DNA of 64,000 bases from NCBI GenBank assembly GCA_038249445.1, contig JBBSDM010000006.1:16293-80292 (forward strand), written 5' to 3'. Positions within the stretch are counted from its first letter, which is position 1. Every line of letters starts with the position of its first letter. The translations under genes were made by a program, and so were the position numbers. Of this stretch, positions 28,322 to 38,506 are shown piece after piece. This stretch comes from Bacteroidales bacterium. Lineage in GTDB: Bacteria; Bacteroidota; Bacteroidia; Bacteroidales; Paludibacteraceae. The notes under the pieces are model-generated. The model searched no databases. It worked only from the letters and a program-made list of their open reading frames with translations, and had not been told where the DNA came from.

Positions 28322-29782
28322 TTATTTGATAAAACTGAAACAACCACTGATATCATTAAATATAACTTTGTAAGTTCCAGCTTTATGAGGAATGTTAGTT
28401 CCGTTATTTGTTCCTAAACCTATTGGGAATGTTCCTGCACCCCAATTGAAATTCCAGTCGTGATTTGCGCGGAATTTCATTCCACCGCTACCTACAGGCG
28501 GTGTAAAGTCAGATGCAAATGTATAAGTTCCATACCACATATGGTTGTTTGTGGCTTGACCAGGTGTTAAAGCAATATCACCACCCCAACCGTTCATTTC
28601 TCCAATCATACCCAAAGACGTGTAACTAGCTGTAGGAGCTGTTGCAGATGTAATTGTAAGTGTATTGATGATAGAATTTAAGTTGATAGTATAATAACCA
28701 CTTGTTGATAAGGTAATATTATCTCCAGAATTGTGTGTGTAAACACCATTTGTTACTCCCCATTGTTCTGCCCAACTACCTGCATCGCGTATCAATTTAA
28801 ATGCTTTTCCTGCCTCAAAATAGCCAGTGTAAGTGAACTCACCATCCCCAGCAAGATTGTATTTGTTGCCAGAAACAACGCTAAGTGGATACAATGCTGC
28901 ACCTAAGCCTCCAACACTATTGTTCCATGTTCCATCACCAATAGCAGCACCTACTAGGTGCCAAATTCTTGGAGTTGTACCAGTATAAGGCATAATGGCC
29001 ATTACAGTTACATCTACATTTGCAGTAGCAGGATTGCCGTTGCCATCGCTAACGGTGTAGCTGAAACTATCAGCGCCCGAATAACCTACTGTTGGTGTGT
29101 ATTTTACTTTGCCATCTGTGTTTATTGTAACTGTGCCATGTGCAGCTGTTCCAACCGCTGATACGGTTAATACATCTTTTTCAGGATCCGTATCATTCCC
29201 AAGTACGTCGATATTGATAAAGCTATTCATTGGAAGTGATGCAACATCGTTCACTGGTGTAGAAACGTAATTGTTTGGTGTTACCAATAATGTAGCAACT
29301 TTAGAAGTGTAAACGGTTTTCAATCCACCTTTTACAATGTACGACAATAATCGAACATACACAGTGCGTTGAACCGCATTTTTGTTGTATGTTTTGATAG
29401 AATCGTTGAATCGTTTGCAATCTACCGATACATCAGATCCTGCTTTACCATCGAAAGTGATAGGAATGGTAATTAAGTTGGCAAATGTAATAACGTTGGT
29501 AAATTGAATTTTGTATTCAGCTTTTGTGGCAGTGTCCACTCTGTTAAGTCCCGACGAGCAAGTTAACAATGCCAATGGGCTAGTTAGTTTGCTTGAGAGT
29601 ATCGTTAATGGGCTGACGCCGGTTTTGAGTGCCGCAGCAAACCCGGTGGTGTCTTGTAGTGTTTCCTGTTGGTAAGCGGTAGGGCTGGCAACCTTTTGAT
29701 TGGCATACGGATCTTCACACGAAGTAAAGCACAAGCCAATAACAACCGAAAATATGAATAATACTATTTTTTTCATTTTCAA
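28322..29782 (-). CDS. SusF/SusE-family surface lipoprotein with an inserted cadherin-like/Ig-like domain
   Basis: Lipoprotein signal (…GLCFTSCEDP). The C-terminal ~220 aa are paralogous to the C-terminus of the neighbouring SusE-like protein (PRIWHLVGAAIGDGTWNN…GDGEFTYTGYF…). The central segment VLGNDTDPEKDVLTV…YTPTVGYSGADSFSYTVSDGNGN…VDVTV is a cadherin-like/VCBS-type Ig motif. Confidence 0.7.
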   Translation of the reverse strand: MKMKKIVLFIFSVVIGLCFTSCEDPYANQKVASPTAYQQETLQDTTGFAAALKTGVSPLTILSSKLTSPLALLTCSSGLNRVDTATKAEYKIQFTNVITFANLITIPITFDGKAGSDVSVDCKRFNDSIKTYNKNAVQRTVYVRLLSYIVKGGLKTVYTSKVATLLVTPNNYVSTPVNDVASLPMNSFINIDVLGNDTDPEKDVLTVSAVGTAAHGTVTINTDGKVKYTPTVGYSGADSFSYTVSDGNGNPATANVDVTVMAIMPYTGTTPRIWHLVGAAIGDGTWNNSVGGLGAALYPLSVVSGNKYNLAGDGEFTYTGYFEAGKAFKLIRDAGSWAEQWGVTNGVYTHNSGDNITLSTSGYYTINLNSIINTLTITSATAPTASYTSLGMIGEMNGWGGDIALTPGQATNNHMWYGTYTFASDFTPPVGSGGMKFRANHDWNFNWGAGTFPIGLGTNNGTNIPHKAGTYKVIFNDISGCFSFIK

Positions 29783-29853
29783 AATGTTTTAGTTTGAATA
29801 ATAAGTTCTTTTCAATGCATACTGCCGGTTTAGCAGCAGTACGCATTTGTTTT

Positions 29854-31056
29854 TTATTTTTTGATAAAGAAGTAGCAACCATCAATATCATTTAAAATGA
29901 CGGTATATGTACCAGTTGTCTCAATAAAGTTCTTTCCGCCTTGTGTAATACCAATTCCCATTTTAGAATAAAGTGGATTCCCGTCAGAAGAGCCAGCACT
30001 TCCCCAGCTTATATCCCATGCTCCATTGGCACGTAATTTACATTGCGATTCAGCAGTAAATGTATGGGTTGTGTACCAAACATGTTTGCTTGTACCTGCA
30101 TTTCCTGTTAAGGCAACATCGCCACTCCAACCATTAAATGCACCAATTAGCCCGATTGAATTGTAAATTGTAGGAGTTATAGTTACTTTGTCAATCGATA
30201 CTTTGTTATCAATTGAATTCAAAGTGATTGTGTAATATCCATCGCTTGGTACGGTGATATTTCCACCTCCATTATGAACATAATTTGAACCTGTCATGCC
30301 CCATGTGTCATTTGCCCAGTCGCCAATGTTACGAAGGAGTTTGAATCCATCAGTTGCTTTAATGTAGCCCGTGTATTTGAATTCTCCATCTCCATTTAAG
30401 TTGTATTTTTTACCTGAAGATAAGCTAAGTGGAACTAGTGAACTTCCAAGCCCGGCTACAGAGTTATCCCAGTTTCCTCCCAATCCTACGATATACCAGA
30501 TTCTAGGGCTCGCCTCTGTATAAGGGAATAAAGGTAAAACGTAAGGTAAGATGTTCATTACAACTGAATTAGAGTATAATCCTTTTATGGTTGGTGTTTT
30601 TGTAAGTGGTGTAGCAGTAGCTCCACTTACATTTGCAACCAATCTTAGATATACATTTTTCTTTACAATAGGATCAGGTAATGAACCTCCATAAAGGGCA
30701 ATAACTGCAATATCTAATTCTTTTACATTAATTCCAACTTTTTCTCCATTCACGGTTGTTGGTAGGCTTTGGAATTTTCCTGCTGCAAAATTTGCATCGA
30801 AACAAACTTGAGCAGTATAAGTTACCGCAGCTGTGAAACCATAATTTGGTTGAACACATGTGAGCGAATCAATATTCAATGTTGAATTTGCATCCGTAAG
30901 CTCATAAGTGGAATTGGTGTATTGGGTCTGGTTCAACTTAAATGTTAAGCTGCCATCTAATGCTGCGCTGTTTATCACAGGATCTTTTGCATCTTCACAT
31001 GAAGAAAATCCAGTTAAACTTAGCAAAACAATAAATAATATATTTAATTTTTTCAT
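29854..31056 (-). CDS. SusE-like surface lipoprotein
   Basis: Lipoprotein signal (LSLTGFSSCEDA). It sits immediately downstream of susD. Its C-terminal putative glycan-binding domains are shared with the next gene. Confidence 0.65.
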   Translation of the reverse strand: MKKLNILFIVLLSLTGFSSCEDAKDPVINSAALDGSLTFKLNQTQYTNSTYELTDANSTLNIDSLTCVQPNYGFTAAVTYTAQVCFDANFAAGKFQSLPTTVNGEKVGINVKELDIAVIALYGGSLPDPIVKKNVYLRLVANVSGATATPLTKTPTIKGLYSNSVVMNILPYVLPLFPYTEASPRIWYIVGLGGNWDNSVAGLGSSLVPLSLSSGKKYNLNGDGEFKYTGYIKATDGFKLLRNIGDWANDTWGMTGSNYVHNGGGNITVPSDGYYTITLNSIDNKVSIDKVTITPTIYNSIGLIGAFNGWSGDVALTGNAGTSKHVWYTTHTFTAESQCKLRANGAWDISWGSAGSSDGNPLYSKMGIGITQGGKNFIETTGTYTVILNDIDGCYFFIKK

Positions 31057-31093
31057 ATTGTTACTATTTTATTAGTTGTAAATATATGCCGAA

Positions 31094-32674
31094 TTAATAA
31101 TTTGGATTTTGTTTCAAATTTGGATTTGCATTTAAGTCTCCCGGAGGTATTGGCATCAAATTGAATTTGGCAGGAAAATTTGATCCAGCTGCAGTTCCGC
31201 CTTTCCAGTCCCAATTATAGGTGCCTCCACCAAAATATCCAAAACGAATTAAATCTGTTCTGCGACGACCTTCGAAATAAAATTCGCGTGCCCATTCATC
31301 CAATACCTGATCCTTGCTAAGTGCTGTCAGTGGAATTGCATGCGCTCTGGCTCTAAGATCGTTAACGGCCTTTAATGCAAGTGTTGCACTACCAGCAGTT
31401 GATCTAAGATTTGCTTCTGCATAAGTTAGGTAAGCTTCTGCAGCACGCATGAACGGAATATCCATATCCGGAAATTGTGTGTCATGTGAAACAAGACCGT
31501 CGGCCCGTTTGTTGCTGTATTTTGCCACCGATATGCCTTTTGTGAAATCGGTAACTTTTGTAATTTCAAGGGTTTTATCAACAGAATTTAATAATGCACG
31601 ATCATCTACAGCTGGGATGGATAAATCTGCTAAAGTAGGTACATTACCGCTAGGAAAGAACTTCTTTATTAAAGTTGCTCTGGCACGATTACCTCCCCAT
31701 CCTTCTGTGCTACCCCAATCTAACATTCCACTTGTGTGTGTAGAGGCGATTAAGAAAATAGACGCTCCCCAGCTTTTAGTTTTAACGCCATCTGCTGCGA
31801 TAGGGAAGATGATTTCCTGAGGTGCAGTGTTTATTGTCGAGCCATCGATTGTACCTGCGTTATCTGCCATAAATAACTGTTTGTAACTTGGATTCAATTT
31901 GTATGCAGATTTCATTACTTTGTCAGAATAAGTTATTGCATCATCCCAACGTTGTGTTCCAGTGTATATTTCGGCATTCAAATACAATCTGGATTTTAAC
32001 AACCAGTTTGCTGCCTTATCCAAGCGATAATATGGTTTGTCGGCCTGACGAGGTTCGTACATATCAGGCTCACATGCAGTGAGTTCTTTTTCAATGTATG
32101 TAAATAAGTCAGCTCTTTTTATTTGTTGTGGAAATTCGTCAGAAATCTTTTCAGTAAAAGGAACACTTCCAAAGAAATCCATTAAATAATAGTAGCTTAA
32201 TGCTCTGAGATAACGTACTTCAGCGCGTTCTTTCACAGAAACTGCGTCGGTTTTTCCAGCGGTTTGTTCTAAAAAGTGATTGCTGATAGTAGCAATGAAG
32301 TATAAACGAGCATACAAACCTTCTGTAGCCAGATTTGTCGAAGGCCATGTATTTGCATTTAGTTCTACAACTTCGTTATCTCCCCAGGCACATAGTGCCT
32401 CGTCAGTTGGAAGTTCACTACAGTTCCATAAACATCGGGTTAGCGAGAACCGACCTTCGTCAGTGATGTCAATATCGTTATTTCCCGCGGGACCTTCTTG
32501 ACCGGATAATGCAAATGCTGCATAGGTTTTTGCAAAAACAGCTTCTTGGTCAAATGTTTGTGTAACTTGAGGGTTTATGGGGGTCACGTTCAAATCATCG
32601 AGGCATGAGCTTGCACTAAATGCAATAACACCTAGAGCGATGAAGTAAAACAATTTTTTATTTATGTTGTTCAT
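31094..32674 (-). CDS. susD: SusD/RagB-family nutrient-binding outer membrane lipoprotein
   Basis: 526 aa with a lipoprotein signal (…AFSASSCLDDLN). It has typical SusD helical/TPR-like N-terminal sequence and lies directly downstream of susC. Confidence 0.9.
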   Translation of the reverse strand: MNNINKKLFYFIALGVIAFSASSCLDDLNVTPINPQVTQTFDQEAVFAKTYAAFALSGQEGPAGNNDIDITDEGRFSLTRCLWNCSELPTDEALCAWGDNEVVELNANTWPSTNLATEGLYARLYFIATISNHFLEQTAGKTDAVSVKERAEVRYLRALSYYYLMDFFGSVPFTEKISDEFPQQIKRADLFTYIEKELTACEPDMYEPRQADKPYYRLDKAANWLLKSRLYLNAEIYTGTQRWDDAITYSDKVMKSAYKLNPSYKQLFMADNAGTIDGSTINTAPQEIIFPIAADGVKTKSWGASIFLIASTHTSGMLDWGSTEGWGGNRARATLIKKFFPSGNVPTLADLSIPAVDDRALLNSVDKTLEITKVTDFTKGISVAKYSNKRADGLVSHDTQFPDMDIPFMRAAEAYLTYAEANLRSTAGSATLALKAVNDLRARAHAIPLTALSKDQVLDEWAREFYFEGRRRTDLIRFGYFGGGTYNWDWKGGTAAGSNFPAKFNLMPIPPGDLNANPNLKQNPNY

Positions 32675-32698
32675 ATTGCTAAATTTATTGATTAAGAG

Positions 32699-35683
32699 TT
32701 AGAAATTAAGGCTTACTCCCAACATAGTTACAATTGGGCGAGGGTAAATGTTATTGTCAATACCACCGGAAATTTCAGGATCTAGCCCTTTATATTTTGT
32801 AAATACAAATGGGTTTTGGAATGTAGTATAAACACGTCCACTGAAACTTGATTTTTTAGCACCTTTGAATGAGTATCCAATGGTAACGTTATCGCAACGA
32901 ATGAAAGATGCATTTTGAACGTAGTAATCAGATAGATACGTGTTGCTTCCTCCATTAAAATTAGTTTCAAATGCAGATTGTGGTTTGTTTGAGAAATAAC
33001 CAAGTGAAGAATAAACGCCACCTGAACCTACATTTAAACCTCCTGCATCTACGGCATTGTACATATAGTTGCCAAGACTTGCTCTAAGTGAGAAGCCGAA
33101 ATCCCAACTTTTATAAATGATTTTTGAAGATAGTCCCATCATTACATCAGCATTTGGGTTATGATAGAAATATTTATCTTTTTCATTTATAATATGATCG
33201 CCATTGCGGTCAACATATAAACCTTCGATTGGTTTATGGTTTACATCGTACACTTGTTCATATACATAGAATGAACTAGCAGGGAATCCGACAGCATGAG
33301 CTTGTGCAAAACCTTGAAACAATCCTCCTTGAGGAACATAGTATCCTTCTGTGCTACCAAATGTTAGTTTGGTGATTTTGTTTATGTTCATAGTAGCGTT
33401 GTACCCAATTTCCCATGTTAAATTATTGGTAGTTATAGCTTTTGCATTTAACGAAAACTCAACGCCGGAATTTCTCAATGTTCCAACATTACTAATTACT
33501 TTGTTTCTAAAGTTGGTTCCGGCTGGAACTTGTACAACATTTATCAGGTCCTTTGTATTCCGATAATAATAATCAACTGAACCTGTAATGCGAGATTTAA
33601 AGAATCCGAAGTCTAAACCGGCATTCCATGTCGTTGTTTCTTCCCATTTCAGTTTTGAATTAAAAGCATCTGGTCTTGAAGTGCTATAATAGGTTGATCC
33701 GAAGGGATAAAATGCACCGTTTTTATTTGTGGTATAAACTGGTAAATATGGGTAGTCTCCTGTAGATAAGTTTTGTTGTCCAGTGATACCATATCCTAAT
33801 CGTAACTTTAAATCAGATATGGTATTGTTGTCTTTTAAGAAACTTTCTTCGTTTATTTTCCACGCAAAAGCGAAGGCAGGGAAAATAGCACTACGATTGT
33901 CTGGAGCAAAACGAGATGAGCGGTCATTACGTACAGTTGCTGTGAACAAATATTTATCAGCAAGCGTATAATTTACACGTCCAAAGAATGAAACCAAAAA
34001 ACTTTCAGTTTTGAAAATACTAGGAACCGGATTATAACCATCCAATCCAATAAATTCAGAAGTTCCTTCGCGGTAAAAATGTTGCCATTCATATCCACCC
34101 ATTACATCGTATCTATGAATACCTACTTCTTTGCCGTATTGCATATAATAGTTTAATGAAGTGTTGGTCTTACTTTGTTTATCCCAACCGGTACGACCAT
34201 GTGGAAAATCGCTTGCAGCTTGGTTGCTTAAATTCAATATTTGTTTACCATAAGCATTATCAATTCCTAAATTTAGATGTAAATGCAAATCTGGCAAAAA
34301 GTGAACTTTGTAGTCAAATTCCGCACTTCCAATCAAATCTCTCGAGTTAGCCGTTTCGTCTTTTTGCATTAGAGTAGCAAGTGGATTTTTTGTTGCTTGA
34401 GGATTTGGGATATAGGTTGTAACAGTACCTACCGTTTGAGGTTGAGTCCATTGCCAGTAGCCTCCAAATGGTGCATAAGTAGCATCTTGTGAAGTTACCG
34501 GTTGTGTTGGATCCATGGAGACAGCTGCTGAGATTGCTCCGTTATCAGCATATCTGTTTTTAATCAACATGCCTTTGGCATTTAAATTGATTTTTAAATG
34601 ATCGTCAAATAATGACGGACTTAAACTGATTGCGCCAGTATAACGTTCGAAATTTGAGGTTTTCAGGATTCCATCTTGGTTGGTATAGCCAACTGATACA
34701 CGATAGGGTACATTCTTAAAACCACCAGTCACGTTAATGTTATGATCATGGCTAATTGCCATTTGGTAAATTTGACTTTGCCAGTCGGTGTTTGCTGTTC
34801 CAAGTTTGGCAACAGCCGCTGGTTGATCGGCATACAACAACTTAGCGTAAGCACGAAAATCATCACCATTAAGTACTTTTATGGTTTTACCAAATATTCC
34901 TACTGAAGTGTTTCCGTCATACGAAATTCTTGGTCTGGAATTTTTCAATCCTTTTTTTGTATTGATGATAATTACACCGTTCGATGCACGTGAACCGTAA
35001 ATTGCAGTTGCAGAAGCATCTTTCAATACTGTAAATGTTTCAATATCATTAGGGTTAATAGTGCTTAAATAATTGGCTACCCCTTTAATTCCGTCATTAT
35101 CCATGGCTAATCCATCAATAACAATTAATGGATCATTACTAGCACTCAATGAAGAACCTCCACGAATACGAATAGTAGCGCCACTACCAGGAGTGCCACC
35201 ACCGGTAATTACGCTTACCCCGGCAATTTTACCCACAATCATGTCTTGAGCACTTGTAGTGAGGCCTTTGTTTAGTTTGTCGGGTTTAATAGCTGTAATC
35301 GAGCCTGTAGCGTCGTTTTTCTTTACAACGCCGTATCCGATGGCAACTACTTCGCCTAATGCTACTGCATCTTCTTTAAGTTGAATAATAATGTTTTTTT
35401 GACCTGCCACAGGAACTTCGACAGAGGCGAATCCAATGTATCTGACAATTAAAGTAGCATTGGCAGCTACTTTGATAGTGAACTGACCATCAAGGTTGGT
35501 AATTGTACCATTTGATGTACCTTTTTCTAGAATGTTAGCTCCGAGGATGGGTTCCCCAGTACTTGCATCTTTTACTATTCCAGAAATGGATGTTTGTTGC
35601 GCATTGACAGCAGCCGCAAAAACAAACAACACTAAAATGGCTAAACATGCCCGTAATTTTAGCTTAAAGTTTGTGTACTTCAT
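32699..35683 (-). CDS. susC: SusC/RagA-family TonB-dependent outer membrane transporter
   Basis: 994 aa: a signal peptide, a carboxypeptidase-regulatory-like domain (ISGIVKDASTGEPILGANI), a plug domain and a C-terminal beta-barrel ending …MLGVSLNF. Confidence 0.9.
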   Translation of the reverse strand: MKYTNFKLKLRACLAILVLFVFAAAVNAQQTSISGIVKDASTGEPILGANILEKGTSNGTITNLDGQFTIKVAANATLIVRYIGFASVEVPVAGQKNIIIQLKEDAVALGEVVAIGYGVVKKNDATGSITAIKPDKLNKGLTTSAQDMIVGKIAGVSVITGGGTPGSGATIRIRGGSSLSASNDPLIVIDGLAMDNDGIKGVANYLSTINPNDIETFTVLKDASATAIYGSRASNGVIIINTKKGLKNSRPRISYDGNTSVGIFGKTIKVLNGDDFRAYAKLLYADQPAAVAKLGTANTDWQSQIYQMAISHDHNINVTGGFKNVPYRVSVGYTNQDGILKTSNFERYTGAISLSPSLFDDHLKINLNAKGMLIKNRYADNGAISAAVSMDPTQPVTSQDATYAPFGGYWQWTQPQTVGTVTTYIPNPQATKNPLATLMQKDETANSRDLIGSAEFDYKVHFLPDLHLHLNLGIDNAYGKQILNLSNQAASDFPHGRTGWDKQSKTNTSLNYYMQYGKEVGIHRYDVMGGYEWQHFYREGTSEFIGLDGYNPVPSIFKTESFLVSFFGRVNYTLADKYLFTATVRNDRSSRFAPDNRSAIFPAFAFAWKINEESFLKDNNTISDLKLRLGYGITGQQNLSTGDYPYLPVYTTNKNGAFYPFGSTYYSTSRPDAFNSKLKWEETTTWNAGLDFGFFKSRITGSVDYYYRNTKDLINVVQVPAGTNFRNKVISNVGTLRNSGVEFSLNAKAITTNNLTWEIGYNATMNINKITKLTFGSTEGYYVPQGGLFQGFAQAHAVGFPASSFYVYEQVYDVNHKPIEGLYVDRNGDHIINEKDKYFYHNPNADVMMGLSSKIIYKSWDFGFSLRASLGNYMYNAVDAGGLNVGSGGVYSSLGYFSNKPQSAFETNFNGGSNTYLSDYYVQNASFIRCDNVTIGYSFKGAKKSSFSGRVYTTFQNPFVFTKYKGLDPEISGGIDNNIYPRPIVTMLGVSLNF

Positions 35684-35879
35684 GCATTGAGTTTTTTAAG
35701 GTTGATAAATATTGTTCTAGCTAAAACCTAAACCAAATCGTTGCTCTTGAAAATGTGCTCTTTAATAGCGTTCTAATTTCAATTCAGTTTGAAAATTGGG
35801 TAGTGATTTTATGTGGCAAAAATAGAGGGTAAATATTTAATTACTATCGTAAAAGAATAATAATAGTTATAAAAACCTA

Positions 35880-35893
35880 TGCAAACGTTTGCG
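35880..35893. promoter_or_regulatory. LacI-family operator candidate (TGCAAACGTTTGCG) in the susC / lacI divergent region
   Basis: Perfect palindromic core with a central CG, matching the cre-like pattern TGNAANCGNTTNCA. On the minus strand it directly abuts a near-consensus -7 box (TATCTTTC, plus-strand 35893-35900) pointing toward susC. Confidence 0.55.
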
Positions 35894-35945
35894 AAAGATA
35901 TATTTAATATTTGCGGAAATAATTTTTTATTCGGACAAACTAATA

Positions 35946-35953
35946 TACTTTTG
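35946..35953 (+). promoter_or_regulatory. candidate -7 box (TActTTTG) for the lacI-MFS-GH65-GH13 operon
   Basis: TACTTTTG matches TAnnTTTG and lies ~140 nt upstream of the LacI ATG at 36093. Confidence 0.35.
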
Positions 35954-36092
35954 TATTGATAATAATGATTAGGTTTTTATTTTGAAGCAAAAGCCTTCAT
36001 TGTTATTTGTAATTTGTTGATATACAATTGATTTTATTGTGACTCAAATTTCAAATATAATATCGGTGCTTCTGACCTTAAATCACACTCGT

Positions 36093-37103
36093 ATGAACAA
36101 ACCACAAATAACCATTAAAGATATTGGGCGAGCGCTTAATATTTCTCCCTCCACGGTTTCTCGTGCGCTGAAGAATCATCCCGACATTAGCCAGTCAACA
36201 AAAGATGCCGTTAATAAGTATGCCAAAGATTTTAATTATAAGCCTAATACATTGGCGCTGAGTTTGAGAACAAGTAAAAATAATACGATTGGTGTAATTG
36301 TTCCAGAAATAAATAACTACTTTTTTTCATCCGTTTTGTCCGGAATCGAAGAAGTTGCCAACGAAGGTGATTTTAATGTAATTTTATGTCAATCTGGAGA
36401 AAATTATGAAAAAGAAGTCAGGAATACAAAAGCCCTAGTTGCTACAAGGGTTTCGGGTGTTTTGGCTTCTTTGTGTAAACATACTACCAACTACGACCAT
36501 TTTCAGGAAATTATTGAAAGCGATATACCCTTGGTTTTTTTCGACCGAATTTGCATTGGAATTATTACCGACCGTGTGGTGGTAGATGACTATGCAGGTG
36601 CTTTTGCGGCGGTTGAATATCTTATTCAAACCGGTTGCAAACGAATTGCTTTTTATAGTTCGCCTTTTCATTTGGAAATTTCGAAAAATCGCAAAAATGG
36701 TTACCTGGATGCACTCCGTAAATATAGGCTTATGGTTGATGAATCGTTGATTAGAGTTTGCGACACACGTGAGGAGGCTATCATCATTACACCCGAGATA
36801 CTAGATCGACCCGACCGCCCCGATGGTTTTTTTGCGATTAATGACCATTGTGCTGCTGGAATTTTGTATGCAGTAAAAATAGCGAAACTTCGAGTTCCGG
36901 AGGATATCGCCATTTTTGGTTTTTCGGATGGTGAACTCGCCAAGGCTTGCGATCCATTGCTAAGCACGGTAGAGCAACATGGCTACGAAATGGGTAAAAA
37001 TGCCGCCAAACTACTCCTCGATAAAATTAATGGGATAACACACGGACAATATACTAATAAGATTGTAAAAACGAATTTAATTATCAGAGGAACAACTAAA
37101 TAA
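36093..37103 (+). CDS. LacI-family transcriptional regulator
   Basis: MNKPQITIKDIGRALNISPSTVSRALKN is the LacI HTH, followed by a periplasmic-binding-protein-like sugar-binding domain. The track start at 36039 is a GTG extension, which I reject. Confidence 0.9.
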   Translation: MNKPQITIKDIGRALNISPSTVSRALKNHPDISQSTKDAVNKYAKDFNYKPNTLALSLRTSKNNTIGVIVPEINNYFFSSVLSGIEEVANEGDFNVILCQSGENYEKEVRNTKALVATRVSGVLASLCKHTTNYDHFQEIIESDIPLVFFDRICIGIITDRVVVDDYAGAFAAVEYLIQTGCKRIAFYSSPFHLEISKNRKNGYLDALRKYRLMVDESLIRVCDTREEAIIITPEILDRPDRPDGFFAINDHCAAGILYAVKIAKLRVPEDIAIFGFSDGELAKACDPLLSTVEQHGYEMGKNAAKLLLDKINGITHGQYTNKIVKTNLIIRGTTK

Positions 37104-37112
37104 GATTATTTT

Positions 37113-38480
37113 ATGAACACTCAGCAAGCCACTCGAATCTCGAAACCGAAATTTTCTTTCTTTCAAATTCTCTCACTAAGTATGGGTTTTTTAGGAATCC
37201 AATTTGGATACGCTTTGCAAAATGCAAACGCAAGCCGTATTCTCCAGACTTTTGGTGCTGATATTGAACAGCTTTCATGGTTTTGGTTGGCAGCTCCAAT
37301 TTCAGGCATGATTATTCAACCGATAATAGGTCATTATTCCGACCATACCTGGACACGCTTGGGAAGACGACGTCCATTTTTTCTTGTGGGTGCAATTTTA
37401 GCTGCTATTGCATTGATACTTATGCCCAATGCCGGCGTTTTTGCGAATTTCCTACCTGCCATGTTTGTCGGTGCTGGTTTTTTGATGATTATGGACGCCT
37501 CGTTCAATGTTGCCATGGAACCGTTTCGTGCATTGGTTGCAGATATGCTTCCAGTAGATCAAAGCACGTTGGGCTTTTCTATCCAAACATTTTTAATTGG
37601 AATTGGTGCAGTTGTGGGTTCGTGGATGCCCTATGTTTTGGCCGAATGGCTAGGTGTTTCGAAGGTAGCAATTCACGGTGGAATCCCGGATAATGTTGTA
37701 TTCTCCTTTTATATTGGAGCTTTCGTAATGATAGTTACCATACTTTGGACAGTATTTACTACCAAAGAATATTCGCCCGAAGAGATGACAAAATTTAATC
37801 CAGATGTTGAGATTGCTCCAACTGAAACTATCCGATTTTCCAATATATTTCTGGATATGGTAGCGATGCCAAAAACAATGAAACAATTGGCACCTGTTCA
37901 GTTTTTTTCTTGGATAGCTTTGTTTGGGATGTGGGTTTTTACGACTCCTGCTGTGGCGCAACATGTTTACGGACTGGCCATTGCTGATACTAAATCATTA
38001 CAGTATCAAGAAGCTGGAAACTGGGTGGGGATTATCTTTGGAGTTTATAACGCTGTGGCAATGGTGTATGCACTTGTTTTGCCTGCAATAGCCTATAAGC
38101 TTGGACGAAAACTAACGCATAGTATATCGTTAACTGCTGGTGCTATTGGTCTGTTGTCAATCTATTTTATAACTAATCCAACGACTCTGCTATTCTCAAT
38201 GATTGGTATCGGGATGGCTTGGGGCAGTATTCTGTCAATGCCTTATGCCATCCTAGCTCCTGCGCTACCAGTGCGTAAGATGGGAATATATATGGGTATT
38301 TTTAATATCTTTATTACAGTTCCCCAAATTATAAATGGCTTATTCGGGGGAACGATCGTTAAACGATTATTTGACTCGCAAGCTATCTATGCTTTAATAA
38401 TGTCGGGTGTTTTCTTGCTTATTGCAGCTGTGAGTGTACTGCTGGTTGACGATAAGATAAAACAAACTGCACAACATTGA
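37113..38480 (+). CDS. MFS sugar (maltose/oligosaccharide) transporter, GPH/SLC45-like
   Basis: 455 aa with ~12 predicted TM segments. It has the …HYSDHTWTRLGRRRPF… loop motif typical of GPH/SLC45 sugar:cation symporters. It sits between lacI and GH65. Confidence 0.8.
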   Translation: MNTQQATRISKPKFSFFQILSLSMGFLGIQFGYALQNANASRILQTFGADIEQLSWFWLAAPISGMIIQPIIGHYSDHTWTRLGRRRPFFLVGAILAAIALILMPNAGVFANFLPAMFVGAGFLMIMDASFNVAMEPFRALVADMLPVDQSTLGFSIQTFLIGIGAVVGSWMPYVLAEWLGVSKVAIHGGIPDNVVFSFYIGAFVMIVTILWTVFTTKEYSPEEMTKFNPDVEIAPTETIRFSNIFLDMVAMPKTMKQLAPVQFFSWIALFGMWVFTTPAVAQHVYGLAIADTKSLQYQEAGNWVGIIFGVYNAVAMVYALVLPAIAYKLGRKLTHSISLTAGAIGLLSIYFITNPTTLLFSMIGIGMAWGSILSMPYAILAPALPVRKMGIYMGIFNIFITVPQIINGLFGGTIVKRLFDSQAIYALIMSGVFLLIAAVSVLLVDDKIKQTAQH

Positions 38481-38506
38481 GGTAATTGCATAATTATCCC
38501 TAAAGT

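Noticed and set aside
36039-36092. The track gives N-terminal extensions from GTG, TTG or upstream ATG starts for several genes: lacI 36039, sprA 11831, GH13 40942 and 28256, argS 52001, ptb 58162, lpxB 60380, coaD 50149, S41 peptidase 49430, lysC 3912 and plug 2641.
   Set aside because: In each case an internal ATG yields the canonical family N-terminus or a proper signal peptide. In several cases the extension would start upstream of, or overlap, the candidate -7 promoter box.
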